Positions 43,126-58,150 of a stretch of 64,000 bases of DNA are shown piece by piece. The translations under genes were made by a program, and so were the position numbers. The notes under the pieces were generated by a model, which had not been told where the DNA came from, searched no databases, and saw only the letters and a program-made list of their open reading frames with translations. How positions within the stretch are numbered: position 1 is the stretch's first letter; each line of letters opens with the position of its first letter. Origin of the DNA: the human T2T-CHM13v2.0 reference genome, Homo sapiens. The DNA is taken from assembly GCF_009914755.1 (NCBI RefSeq), contig NC_060930.1; one strand, given 5' to 3'.

Positions 43126-44109
43126 ATCATTGTTTTTAAAGTACTGGTGCCTTTTTAGTTCAAACCTCTTATAATCAGCCCATTCAAAAAGACAAACCCA
43201 CCCTCTAGCAATCATGTAACAGATGGATGTGTATAGATATACAGCAATGCATACACCATGGGCCAAAATACTGATCATGACCTTTGGCAGTCACTGCTAT
43301 GTCTGGTCAGCACACTGCCATATACCAGACAGAAATCATTACTGGTGCACTTGAGTTTGCAAGAGTAAAGATACTTTACTCATTCTTTGTTCAGCAAACA
43401 TCTATTTCAGCTATGCTGTGCTGGGCCCTGGGGTTACAGAGAAATAAAATGCTGAGGGAGAAAATGGGTAAAGGAGGAAGGAAGAAAAATAAAATAAAAT
43501 ATGGAAAGAAAGACAAAGAAAAATACAAACTATGTGGTTAGCATTCAGTGCACACTTTTTAACATGTTATTTCATTTATTTAATTTAGTGGATGAGGCAT
43601 ATAAATGCCAAATGGCCATGTTATGTGATGAAGGGTTTAGTAGGCTACACACAAAGAACTTGGGGAGGATCGAAGGGCATACACTAATTTGAGCCTCCTC
43701 TTCCATTCCAAAGTGAGATTTTGAAGATTTAGTATTGATGAACCCAGCCCTGAATACCCCCAGTGCACAGTTGTGATCTTCTGTTAAAACTTAGAATACA
43801 AAAGCTGTGTGCATTGTGTTTACATAAGAATGAAGAGAAAGGGAAGTTCATTTCAACATGGAAGGCAAGAAGGCAACAAAAATGTTGAGGAACTGAGGAT
43901 GCAATTACCCTCTTTACAAAGAAAGCTAATTGTAATCACACACAGACTTTTACTATAGCCTGTAACCACTCAAGAGTAGTTCCCAAGCCTCACAGAAAAT
44001 TCAGTACCATCTCTGAATGTAAAATTATACCTTCTCAAAAATGCATGAAAACAATTAAATTTGAAAAACTGAATGACTAGTCTCTCAATTAGTAATATAT
44101 TAATATTAA

Positions 44110-44330
44110 TATATATTCATCTACACTGCTGAGCACTTATAATGGACCCAACATATATATTATTTATATCATCTCTAATCGTCATCACCCATCACCCTGT
44201 AAAATGAACACCCACTGTTAACATTTTATAGATAAAGAAACCAAGGTTCAGTGACGAAGTACTGATCTAGGATTCAACCCAAACCTTCTGAGGTCTGAAG
44301 TCCATACCCCAGCCCAGTGGTGAACATCCT
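44110..44330 (-). mobile_element. MIR SINE
   Basis: cattttatagataaagaaaccaaggttcag...ggattcaaccca. Confidence 0.65.
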
Positions 44331-44532
44331 AGCACTAATAAATGCCAGTAAAAACCCCTGAATAAGTGAATCTGTACTGGAGCTGGTACTTAGGTGAAGG
44401 TGTTAGCTGGTAATGTTCTGAGAGCAGAATTGTTAATCCAGACACAATGGATTTTATAATTAATACTTATGAAACATTGACAGAAATTGATATCCTATAA
44501 GTAGACATGATTTTATACCAGTGAATGAGAAC

Positions 44533-44599
44533 AGAATCATAGAAATGAAAGCCAATTTGCATTATTGACTTCTAGAAACATCCATCTCTGCAATCAGGG
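44533..44599 (+). repeat. Probable donor of the 67-bp segment also at 41528-41594
   Basis: Manual ungapped alignment gives 8 mismatches in 67 bp. Confidence 0.88.
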
Positions 44600-45039
44600 T
44601 ACTCAGGGATTAACTGGTCTAGATGTACTAGATAGAAGGTTAGGGGTACATTCCCCAAACCTTCCTCACATTTAATTTTCTCAAGACTGCCCCTTGTCTA
44701 ACACTACAATAAAGTCACATTTTAAAAACTTATCACAATAAGAAGGAGAATCTAGGAACAAACAACTGAAAATTTGAAAGAAGATAATGTGTTTCTGTAA
44801 TTTCAAGTGGATTTGGGTGTACCTGTAGGTCTAAGAAAGTGGCACAGTTGTCAGAAGAGGCTCTGATGCTCAGCCATTTCCCTCAATGCTTCTCTGCAAC
44901 AACACCATAGGCTTAGAGTATCTGACTGTCTCTGTCAAACAAATGCAAGAATTGCATTCCCTTGCCTCCCTTCTAGCATATGTGGGAACCACCACATTTG
45001 CACTTCAGAAGTTTTCTTTGCAGGTAGAGAAACTGAGCT

Positions 45040-45125
45040 CACCGGGCACAGTAGCTCATCTTGTAACCCAGCTACTCAGAAGGCTTAGTCAGGAGGATTT
45101 CTTGAGGCCAGGAGTTCAAGAAGCT
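45040..45125 (+). mobile_element. Alu monomer fragment (FLAM/FAM-like)
   Basis: ccgggcacagtagctcatcttgtaacccagctactcagaaggct...ttgaggccaggagttcaag. Confidence 0.75.
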
Positions 45126-45305
45126 GAGCTGGGGATGTTGGTTGTCATTTACTGAGCATTTACTATGTCCTGGCAGTGGACTAATCACCATGCATGTATT
45201 ATCTCTTTTAATCTTCATGGGAAACATGTACGTTAGATAATACTATCCCCAATTTCTAGATGATGAAACTCCACTATTGAGCTATGAAACTTTTCAAGTC
45301 TTAAA

Positions 45306-45485
45306 CAGTGGCTCTCAACATGTTTACCCAGGGTGAGAAGAAGGGAGAATACTTTCAAAGACACCAATGTCTATGATTCACCCCTAGAGACTGTTACACC
45401 CTTGCTCTAGGATACAGCCTGGGCATCCAGAGTTTTAAGAATTTCACGGGCAATTCTAATGTGCAGCAAAGACTAAGAACCACTG
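45306..45485. mobile_element. MER5A MITE inside a reverse MIR (~45140-45580)
   Basis: cagtggctctcaac...gcctgggcatc...attctaatgtgcagcaaagactaagaaccactg. Confidence 0.75.
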
Positions 45486-45718
45486 CACAAAAGCAAGTCA
45501 GTAGAGGAGACAGGATTTGAACCCAGGCCTCTCTAATCCCAGAACCTGAGACCTTGACTGCTTGCCCTATACTGCCCTAAAGCTGAAATTAAGAATACTG
45601 GATGTTGGCAATCAATGATAATTGTTATAGGATATCCAAGCTTGATCAATCCTAGCATTCCAGGCTGTTCAGTTCTTCCACGGAGTGCCAGGTCTTTCCA
45701 TTTAAGGGTTAACATTAG

Positions 45719-46269
<551 letters not shown>

Positions 46270-47099
46270 TAGTTGGGTAATTACCCTAACATCCCTAGTT
46301 CACTTCAAGAAATGCAGAGCTCTTTAAATACTTTAAAATAGTGCTTATTTTGTTATTTTTAAAGCCCCAGCTTTGCCAAAATTTCCCTGGTGTGTGTCTG
46401 TCCTGCTCTGGATACATTCTCCACTGCTCTTCTCCTACTGTTCCTCCCCACAGACAGAAGGAACTGCTGCAATCAGCTGTGTATTCAGATGGATGGGAAT
46501 AAAAAGAATAGGGTTTGGCCTATTACACAGATTACTTCATCTGCTAACCTAAAAGTCCATCAGATCATCGTGAAGAAGTCATCTCACAGTCCACATCTAC
46601 TAAGGTTGATATAATTTGGTACAATAAGCATTTAACAGTAAGATCTCCTTCCCCAGCCCTTCCCACAGAAGCTAGGGTAGTGCGGTGCCCACACTGGGCC
46701 CAAGTTTATTTCTGGATTCTGAGAACTCCCTCCAGCTCTGAAGGTGCATGAGGGTCCACCCTGGACATCTGCCCTTCTTCATCCTCCCACATCCACGCTG
46801 CCAGCACACACCTATGGGCTCTGACTTTTCTTCTTTCTAAATGAGTGGGGTTTGGGGTGAAAAACTCCCTATAAAATGACAAATCTGAGATCATTGCAAG
46901 TGATAAATCTCTTTCAAACGAAATGTGGCACACGTAACTTACGCATCACATAGATAAACACCCAACAAAAAGGAGAAAATAACTGAATTTAGGGTTCTGT
47001 CCGATTTCATACGTTGTGTTAAAAAATGTATCTTTTCCTGAAAATTGGTAAGATAGTAGATTTTGAACTAGTCTCACTGCAAAAATAAATGTTACGAAT

Positions 47100-47705
47100 A
47101 GTAAGTTCTCCCTTCATCAATACGTTCTTGGAAATTGCAACTTTGCACTTAAAGTATATTGAGTATATTGTATTGGTATAACAACATACCAATGTGAAAC
47201 CAATTTGACATAGACTAATTGATATAAACAAGAGTTAAGTTCCTATGGCATATTTCTGGTCACAAAAATATCACCAAACTTCTAAATAAACACCCAAAAC
47301 ACTTATAATATTAAATACTGAAGTAAATGTGATAGATAGATAGATACATATTTAAGAAAGATTAACAAAAACAAGTAAGATAATCATTTACCCAATTATT
47401 CCAGTTTAGGAGCATGTGTGGCTGCAGCCTGTCCTGGCTGCTCAGGATACAAGGAGAGAACCAGCCCTGGACAGGATATCATCCCATGGCCAGACACACC
47501 CACACACACACCCCCACACTCACTCAGATGGGGACTGTGTAGACACGCCAATTCTCCTAATAACACAGCTTTGGGATGTAGGAGGAAACTAGAGCACCTG
47601 GGGAAAACCCAGGCAGACACGGAGAGAGCATGCAAACTCCATACAGACAGTGGCCAAGGCCGGGAATCAATTTTTTTTCTAATCGTTATAATGAAAGGAT
47701 GCTGA
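47100..47705. mobile_element. MER6/MER6A TcMar-Tigger element
   Basis: gaaccagccctggacagg...tttgggatgtaggaggaaactagagcacctggggaaaacccaggcagacacggagagagcatgcaaactccatacagacag. Confidence 0.8.
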
Positions 47706-47984
47706 ACATTGTATGTGAGGTACTGCTTATGTTAATTAGCTTGACTTAGCCATTCCACAGTATATACAGGCACACCTCACTTTATTGTGCTTTGCTTTAT
47801 TGCACTTTTCAGCTATTGCATTTTTTTAAACAAATTGAAGGTTTATGCGACCCTGCGTCAAACAAGTCTATCAGCACCATCTTTCCAATAGCATGCGATC
47901 TCTTTATGTCTCTCTATCACATTTTGGTAATTCTCACAATATTTCAGACTTTTTCATTACTGGTATTATGAAACATAGTGATCT

Positions 47985-48987
47985 AAGCAACAGATTTTCA
48001 ATGTAGATGAAACAGCCATCTCTTGGAAAAAGATGTCATCTAGGACTTTCATAGCTAGAGAGAAGTCAATGCCTGGCTTCAAAGCTTCAAAGGACAGGCT
48101 GACTTTCTTGTTAGGGGCCAATGCAGCTGGTGACTTTAAGTTGAAGCCAAAATTCATTTACCATTCCAAAAGTCTTAGAGTCCTTAATAATTATGCTAAA
48201 TCTACTCTGCCTGTGCTCTATACATGGAACAACGAAGCTTGGATGACAGCACAATATTTTAAGCCAACTGTTGAGAGCTACTACTCAGAAAAAACGATTC
48301 CTCTCGAACCATTACTGCTTATTGACAATCCACCTGGTCACCCAAGAGCTTTCATGGAGATGTCCCAGGAGATGAGTGTTGTTTTCATGCCTGTAGCCCA
48401 TGGATCAAAGAGCAATTTTGACTTTCAAATCTTATTATTTAAGAAATATACTTTGTAAAATGATACCTGCCATAGATAGTGATTCCTCTGAAGGATCTGT
48501 GCAAAGTACACTGAAAACCTTCTGGAAAGAATTCCCTATTCTAGAAGCCATTAAGAACATTAGTGATTCAAGGGAAGAGGTCAAAATATCAACATTGACA
48601 GGAGTTCAGAAGAAATTGATTCAAATCCCCATGAATGACTTTGAGGGATCCAAGACTTCAGTGGGGGAAGTCACTGCAGATGTGATGGAAATAGCAAGAG
48701 AACTAGAATTAGAAGTGGAGCCTGAAGATGTGACTGAATTGCTGCAATCTCATGATAAAGCTTGAATGGATGAGAAGCTGCTTCTTATGGATGAGCAAAG
48801 AAAGTGGTTTCTTGAGATAGAACCTACTCCTGTTGAAGATGCTCTGAACACTGTTGTAATGATAAGAAAGGATTTAGAATATTACATAAACTTAGTTGAT
48901 AAAGGCGCAGCAGGATTTGAAAGGAGTGACTCCAATTTTGAAAGAAGTTCTACTGTGGGTAAAATGCTATCAAACAGTATCACATGA
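47985..48987 (+). pseudogene. Disrupted Tigger1 (pogo/TIGD1-like DDE) transposase remnant
   Basis: [59 protein letters not shown]; frameshift, stop at 48763-48765 and missing N-terminal DNA-binding region. Confidence 0.9.
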
Positions 48988-49052
48988 TATTGAGAAATCT
49001 TCCTTGAAAGGAAATCAATCAATGCAGCAAACTTCATCATTGTCTTATTTTA

Positions 49053-49368
<316 letters not shown>

Positions 49369-49509
49369 TCATCACAGCTACCCCAACCTTCAGCAACCAG
49401 CACCCTAACCAGTCAGCAGCCATCAACATCAAGGCAGGACCCTCTACCGGCAAAAGGATTACAACTTGCTCAAGGCTCAGATGATCATTAGCATTTTGTA
49501 GCAAATTAA

Positions 49510-50220
49510 AATATTTGGGACCCAGCAATCCCACTACGGGTATACCCAGAGGAATCTAAATCATTCCACCATAAAGACACATGCACACAAATGTTCACTG
49601 CAGCACTGTTCACAACAGCAAAGACATGGAATCGATCTAAATGCTCAACAATGGCAGACTGGGTAAAGAAAATGGGGTACATAAACACCATGGAATACTA
49701 TGCAGCTATAAAAAAGAATGAGATCATGTATTTTGCGGGAACATGGATGGAGCTGGAGGCTATTATCCTTAGCAAACTAACACAAGAACAGAAAACCAAA
49801 TACCACATGTTCTCACTTACAAGTGAAAGCTAAATGATGAGAATTCATGGACACAAAGAAGATAACAACAGACACGCGGGTCTCCTTGCGGGTGGAGGGT
49901 GGGAGGAGGGAGAGAAGCAAAAAAAAAAAAAACTATTGGGTACTAAGCTTAGTATCTGGGTGACAAAATAATCTGTATGACAAACCCTTGTGACATGAGT
50001 TTACCTAGCTAACAAATATACACATGCTCCTGTTAGAAAAAAAAGAACCTTTCTCTAGAGTTTAAAAAAAATCTGGAAAATTCTTTATCCTAATGAAAAT
50101 ATATGTTCACGTGCTTTATATTTATGTTCAATATTTTTATTGGGATTGAATTTCAATTATTTAATATTTAATATAGAACGTTTTATGTCTAAGTAACTGG
50201 AAACTTAAAAATAAAAAAAA
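49510..50220 (+). mobile_element. L1PA15/16-like 3' end inside Tigger1
   Basis: ORF 49591-49833 MFTAALFTTAKTWN...MEYYAAIKKNE resembles the ORF2p C-terminus; 3' UTR gggtggagggtgggaggagggagag. Confidence 0.9.
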
Positions 50221-52616
50221 TTTAATGAAAGTATGTACATTGTTCTTTAGACATAATACTACTGCACACTTAACAGATTACAGTGTAGTGTAAACATAAC
50301 TTTTATATGCACTGAGAAATATAAAAATGTGTCTGACTTGCTTTATTGCAGTGGCCTGGAACCGCACCCACAATTCTCCAAAGTAAGCCTATACATATTG
50401 CAAAACAACACATTGTATATGATCGATATATACCATTTTTATATGTTAATTAAAAACATAAAAATTAAATATGTATCTTTTCATCTCCCCAGCTCCACCA
50501 TAAAAATCAACCCCCTCTAAGTATTAAATGAATCCCCTTCTAAAGGAAATTGATTGAGAATACAAATACCAGTCTGGCAATAACACCACATTAATGATCA
50601 GTAACACACCAACTTCTGCATACACTGGCAGGGACTAAACACGGCAAAGGAAGAGGGCTCAGCAGCCAGCCACAGGCGCCGAGGCTGAACAGGGAGGAGG
50701 GAGGAGTTAGCATTCCGGTGAAGGTATCGGCTGGCAGCCTTCCAAGCTTGCAGATGTTCACCAACTCCTGTCTTCATCAGGAGCCAGATTTCCTGATGCT
50801 CGTTGAGCACCACTTCTCAGATTCATATTTGATTACTAAGGAAATAATATGCATATAAATGAGTTCCAGAGACTGCCCATGGCTATAATCTCCTATCGAT
50901 CACAGTAATAATGTTCTGTACTTGTACTGGGCCCTCAATCTGAAGAGACCAAGATCCAATCCCACCGTTTCCCTATCAGAATAGCCATAGAATTAAAACT
51001 ATTTAGGGAAACAAGCTCTTGTTTCACATTATCCAGAGCCAAGGACAAACAGATCTCGTCATTTGGCAATGCCTGGCTTCTTTCCCCTCCAAGTATGGTT
51101 CTGAAGTGGGAAGAAGATTCTTACAGCCAAAGAACCAGGAGGAAAAGACAGCTGGGTCTGGCATCTCTGTTCTTCTTAACAGGCTTGCTTTCAAAAGAAA
51201 GGCAACATTTTTTCCCTTATTTCTGCAGAATCAAGAGGTTTGCTCTAAAACAAGAAAGCTTAATGCTGCCACTTAGAAGACACACAAACCAAGTAAAACT
51301 CAGGACTAATCTTCAAGAGATCAATAGCTTCTGGCCATGTGTGACACAGGCTTGTCCTGCTGGGTTGCACAGTCCAGACGTCCAACCTCAGCTGTCCTAC
51401 ACCTCTCAGGTGGACGCCACAATGTAGGTCTGATCTTTTCATAGAGCATCACACCACAGAGTGGGCTAAATGTGTCAACCTTGATCAGAAGGAGAGTGCT
51501 GGGTGGCAGGAGGAAGGTTAGAGAATGTCTGTTTATTCAACCTCAAAAGGAAAAAAATGATGCTGGCAGGGTCAAAAATAGACTAGCAGAGGGAGACGGG
51601 ATCTCAAAACCACCATGCTGGAGTCTGAACCAATTGTTCTGTCCACTTTGCTAATAATCACAGCCCATTCCTAGCCCAATAACAAACTGAAAGTTAACAA
51701 AGCTGCAGCTCTGGGGATTCTAATGTGACAGGGACAGGCTTTTGAAATAGCCACATCATTAAATGGAATTTGTTTCAAATCACCTTTAAAACCTCCAAAC
51801 ACAGGCCTGTACACTTGCAATTCCCAAAACTGAATCCTAAGAACCAGCATGCCCAGGCTGCCCCAGGAGAATGAGGGGGAAAGCATCAAGACAGAGAACT
51901 GTATGTGTTAGAACCCGGGGGACCACTGGGGTCATTAATTATATCGACTGGTGGCTGTGATCTCTAGGTTGGAGGTTGTTACAGTGTGGGGAGGATCCAC
52001 ATCCTGAAAAGCCTGGAAAGAGCCTGGGATTCAGACACAGGACATGGTGAAGCCGGGAGAGTCTGAGCAACAGCCAAGGGATACACCAGGCCCACTCTGG
52101 CCACCTGCTAATCCTAAAGTGGCTTATCAAGCAGCGTCAGCAAACACACCCCTGACACTGGCAGCGAATCACACGTGTAGGCCACATCCACTGCCCCAAG
52201 CACATGTATGCAAGTGGCCACCAGCTACAGCAAGGGGAGCCTTGCATGGAAGCAGGGATCCCAAGAAAAAGGGTAAGGGCCGATGTGATCCCACTCATCT
52301 GTCCTGCTGATGGTGGAAAGGGATGTTAGAGATCAGAAGCACATATTTGAGCCTTTTCTCCTTTCACCAACTGGCAGCAACAACATCCTTCATCCCCACC
52401 AGTCATTTCTCTGCCCATCTTCTAGGTGTCCAAAACAGAGATGGTTTCCCCAATTCTGAGTCCATCCAGCTCTAAGTAACAATAAGTATTGGCAAAAATG
52501 GGCTCATCTGTAAGGGATGCTTTTGGAACCTATCTGATCTCCTAGATGTTAAAATAAACAATCCGCTGATTTCACCACCATCCCAAAAGATCACAGAAGA
52601 TCGGTGTCAGAAGGCT

Positions 52617-52960
52617 TATTAGTGTCCTAGGACTGCTGTAAGAAAGGACCACAAAGCAAGTGGCTCAATAAACAGAGTTATTGTCTTAGATCTAGAGGCT
52701 GAAATCTGAGATGAAGGTGTGGGCAGGGCTGGATGCTTCTTAAGGTTGTAAAGGAAAATCTGCTCCAGGCCTCTCTCCTATCTCTTGGTAGTTTGCTGGC
52801 AATCGTTGGCATTCCTTGGCTGGTAGATGCATCAGCCTGCAAGTCAGGTGCTGGTGCTCTCTCTGTGTGTCTATGTCCAAATTCCCCCCTTTTTATAAGA
52901 ACATCCGACATGGTGTATCAGGGCCCATCCTAGTGAACTCATTTTACCTTTAAGATATTA
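52617..52960 (-). mobile_element. MaLR LTR, MLT1C-like
   Basis: tattagtgtcctaggactgctgtaagaaaggaccacaaa...gtttgctggcaatcgttggcattccttggctggtagatgcatca. Confidence 0.82.
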
Positions 52961-52984
52961 AAATATGAACTTAAGATATTCTGA

Positions 52985-53341
<357 letters not shown>

Positions 53342-54554
53342 TCAATCAAAAAAGTAAAGAGAACAGAGTTATAAAGCCTCAAACATTTGAGGGTAGGAGG
53401 TGAGGATGAAAGAGGCACAGAGGGCTGAGGAGGGCTGGAACTCTATCCTGAGGGTGAAATGGAGTCACTGGAAGCATTGGGCATTACTGGCCACAGTGGA
53501 GAGAATGGAGGTGGTAGAATTTGGGGTGGATTTGGAGGGAGGAGGGAGGTGGACATCTAGCATGGCTTCCAAGTCTCTGGTGTGTGCCTGGGTGGAGGGA
53601 TGGAGGGGGCACTCGTGGTGCCCTGAACAGAGGCAGGGAAGAAAGGAGTGGAGCAAGCTGACGCAGCAGGGAACAAGACCATGCTTGTTATAAAGGTCTG
53701 GCTTCAGCAGTTCCTTCAAAAACCTCATTCTTAGCAACTTCTCTAATTGGCCACACCTGACTCTGGGGACAATCATCTTATACATGGAACGCTAATGTAC
53801 TCGTTCATTTACCTGTTGTTTTGTAAGTGCCCATCAGTCATTTCTTGCAAGTGATGGTGAGGGCTTCAGTGTTGCCCTCTCATGCAGCCCATGGGATGTT
53901 CTGGAAGGGAGCCCCTCCTCCCAATTGTTTATCCTCCACCCCTATAAGGCACAGAGCACAGCATGTTCTCTGCACAAAGGAAGTGCTTGACAAAAGTGGC
54001 TGGCCAATGGTTTCCTTTTCTTGCTTTAGCCTCAAGGAAAGGGTAAGCCTCAGGTCCCCTTCACTATTTGTGCTCTTATTAGTCTTCCACCTGATAAGGA
54101 TCTGGTGAACAAATTTGAATAGAAAATGGAAGTTTCCAAATGCCATTGCAACACTCAGTCTTCCTCATAAGTGTCAAGGGAGGCACAATATCTGCCTACT
54201 GCCTGCATGTTGTTTGCAGCAGCTCCTGGGCATACAGCTAAAGTCAGTGTCTCGCACCACTAAACCACCAAGGAATTTATAAACTTTTCCAAAACAGCCT
54301 CTGAGGGTCATGCTTCTAGAAACCTGGTGGACAGAGATCTGGCTGTACCTCCTGAGATGCTCTGTTCTTAAAGCTGCTGACTTCTAGCCCTAGCTCTGGA
54401 GACAGAACCAAAAGTCTCTAAAACAGGGGCTAATTTTAACGCTGGAATACAGAGAGGTGGAATGACTCCTTCTGCCCTTGGAGAGCCACCTGGGCAATCC
54501 AGGGCAACTGCAAGAAGAAGAAAGGGCTACTCAAAAAAACAAAAACTGATTTGG

Positions 54555-54835
<281 letters not shown>

Positions 54836-55050
54836 AACAGCCTTTGTTGCATTCTCATGGTCCATAAATGATGCGACAGCCAAGCATGACAGTGCATACT
54901 CTCCTCTCCTTAGTTACAGACCCACAGTTCTTGCCATGAAGGGTGCGAAAACTCTGCCTTCACAGAACAGAACTCTATGGGTACCTAAAGCATTCAGAAA
55001 AAGTTATGTGGTTTCTATTCAAAGCTCATAGAAACTCTAAGTATGCTAAG

Positions 55051-55412
55051 TGATAGGGTTTGGCTGAGTCCTCACCCAAATCTCATCTTGAATTGCAGTT
55101 CCCATAATTCCCATGTGTTGTGGGAAGGACCCAGTGGGAGATAACTGAATCATCGGGGCGGTTTCCCCCATATTGTTCTCATGGTAGTGAATAAGCCTCA
55201 CAAGATCTGATAGTTTTATAAGAGGTTTCTCCTTTTGCTTGGCTCTCATTCTCTTTTGCCTGCCACCATGTAAGATGTGCCTTTTGCCGTCCACCATGAC
55301 TGTGAGGCCTCCCCAGCCACATGGAACTGTGAGTCCATTAAACCTCTTTTTCTTTATAAATTACCTAGTCTCGGATATGTCTTTATCAACAGCATGAAAA
55401 CATACTAATACA
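55051..55412 (+). mobile_element. THE1B/C solo LTR
   Basis: TG..CA ends, 362 bp, perfect 5-bp duplication ctaag at 55046-55050 and 55413-55417. Confidence 0.93.
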
Positions 55413-55906
55413 CTAAGGTTAAGACTTTGTACTTCCTCTCAAATAATATTTCCTCCAGCAGTAAATTTTCCCAACTTCTATAAGACTAACTGGCTTTCCT
55501 GACTTGGTTCTGGAGAACTGTCACCACCATTCAATTAAGGAATGCTGCTGCTGCTCTTTCCGAAGAACGCTGCCAGAGCTGCCCAGGTGAGAAGGCACAC
55601 CAGCCAAATTCTGTTCCTGAGAATTTCCTCCATATTCCAGAATGTCAAACCAGGCCAAGATTTCTGTGATTTTTTACTCCTAGACCACAAATGATCTGGC
55701 CTCTCAATGGACAGCACAACATTTGGATTCTAGGTGGGGCTGAGGGGGACGTAAGTAATCATGACGCCACAGTTGCAGATGTTAACTAAGCTAAAGCTCC
55801 TTTTAGCACAGGCAGAGGGGCCCAATCCTCTGTAGCATGAATTAACACCAGGGAATTACACTGGACTTATCTTCACTTGCGCTTAGTCACTTTGAAAATC
55901 CATGAG

Positions 55907-56455
55907 TGTGTTTGGGGTCTCCAAGATCACCCCCAGGTTTGGTAAGAGGTGATCTGGTAGCAGGACTCAGCATACAGCTGTTCCTATGGCTAAGAGTTAT
56001 GACAGTGAAAGAGGATGAAGCACAACCAGCAAAGAGAAGGTGCATGGGATGAAGACCGGAGCACACCAGGCCCAAGCTCCCAAGAGTCCTCTTCCAGTGG
56101 ATCACACTGGACGTGCTTAACTCCCCCAGCAAATAGCAGTGGCTACAGATGTGAAGTGTTGTCAACCAGGGAAGTTCGGTAGAAACTCATCACCCAGGGA
56201 CCTTATCGTGGGGCTGCTGATGTAGGCAGCCTCTGCCTACCATGTCCCAAAATTCCAGACTCCCAAATAGAAAGCAGTGTTCAGTATAAATCATACTGTT
56301 TGCACAAGCAGCTTCGGCACAGCAAGCCCATCTTATGATTTAGGAAAAATTGTATATTGGCGAAGGAAACTGTTTATCAGTTAAGTTGCCAGACACCAGC
56401 CAAGGGTCAACTTTGCAGGCAGGCCCTTATAAGGACAGCAGCCTAGGGCCTGCAC
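55907..56455 (-). mobile_element. MER21-family LTR
   Basis: tgtgtttggggtctccaagatcacccccaggttt...caaaattccagactccca...cagccaagggtcaactttgcaggcaggcc. Confidence 0.78.
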
Positions 56456-57924
56456 GATGAATAAATCAAGACTCCGGTGAGGTATGTAAATCCCAGGCCT
56501 CAGCTGCTTTGTGATTGGTTGTCCTTGTTAAGGTTTCCTACCACACCTTGACCTTAGAGTAGCCCTCACCTCTGGGCTGGCCCCATGTGATGCAATGGTG
56601 CTCATTCTTTGTACACTTCGGGCAACTCCTGCCGGAGTTTTTAGTGACATCACAGAATTTCTTAGAGCCACAGGGCCCTGAAAGAACATCTGGTTCATTC
56701 CCCTTGGAATACAGATGTGGCGAGGTTTAGTGACTTGCCCAGACTAAGTCTGGCCTTGAAAACCTTTCTCTTCCGCCAGACTCTACTGGCCCCAAACATG
56801 GGAAGGGCTTTGACATTGACGAGGCCTTCATCCACGGCCCTCATCCATGACCCACAGGCCTGAGAGGAGGGAAACAGACCAGCAACACGGAGGCCCGAGC
56901 CTAGGGAGTGGCCTGGCTGTGCAACCAGGCCTGGTGAGGTCAGGGAGCCATCGCCAGCAGTTCAGTCATGATGTACGAGAGCTTGTAGAGAACACAGGCT
57001 CAGGGCCAGTCCACTCTGATCAACACAGGGTCACCTTGAGGTGTCTTGAGACTTCATCAGCAAAGCCCTCCGAGTAGCTGTCAAGCAGGTGGTGGCATGG
57101 GGGCTCTAGGGTCCATCAATTTGAAACCAGTAGCTTGGGGGAGAGGGGCGGCCAAAGGCCAAGCAGCTTGCCTTGGCCCCAGGCAAACAGGATGCACCAT
57201 CATCTCAGGGGAGCAGGCGGGCAAGTCAGCAATTGCAGAAGGTGGCAAGGACCAGGGTTGGGAATGCTCACCCCAAAGACACGCTGGACACCAGGTTAAG
57301 GTCGGCAAACGAATGATCCTGTGTCAAATGCACCACGGGAGTGAGGGTTTCCACTGCATTCATGTGTGTGTTCCATGTCATGTTTTCTTTGACTAGGGCC
57401 CCACTCACCACCACAATTTTCCATCCTCATGCAAACGGGAAGCAGACACATGGGGATTTGGATTGGATTTAAAAGGCTCCAGTTCAGCTCAGCACTGTCT
57501 TAAATTCAGGAGATAAAAAGTTAGGTTTGGCGGGTAGTAGCTGTTTTCTATCACGTGGACTGGGAAGCAGAAAAAGTGAATGGTCAAAGAGAGATGCTCA
57601 GGTGGGAGGCAAAGGAAGAAAACTCCTGGGTTCCCTGTGTCCCTGATTCTGATCCTTCCTGAGGCTAAGCCACGGCTCTGTCTGGGGCTCCATGAGATCC
57701 AATCAAATGCAATGCCTGACCCGAGACTGGATCATATTGAGAGGGGGAGGATGCTGTAGTGGGTCAACTGGAGACACTGGCATATGGACGGTGAATTGGA
57801 TAAAAGCATTGCATCGATATTAAAAATACTAAAGTTGATCATTCTCCTGTGGTTATGTAAGAAAACATGCCAGTTCTTAGGAACCACACACTTGAAGTAT
57901 TTCAGACTAATGGATGGACTAATG

Positions 57925-58150
57925 GCATCCATCCTGGCTGTTATAACAAAACACCATAAACTGGGTGGTTTATGAACAACAGGCAGTTGTAGCTCACAGT
58001 TCTGGAGTTGGGAAGTCTAAGATCAAGGTGCCCGCAGATTCGGCATCTGGTGAGGGCTCGCTCCCTTCCTGTTTACAGGGGGCGCCTTCTCGCTGTGTCC
58101 TCACAGCAACATATAAATTTTGCAAGGATACAAACTTTCCAACCAGAGCA
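57925..58150 (-). mobile_element. Internally deleted MaLR LTR (MLT1A/MST-like)
   Basis: ggctgttataacaaaacaccataaactgggtggtttat...ctcacagttctggagttgggaagtctaagatcaaggtgcc. Confidence 0.8.

Noticed and set aside
44095-44114. Perfect 20-bp palindrome atatattaatattaatatat
   Set aside because: Pure AT low-complexity sequence, expected from slippage.
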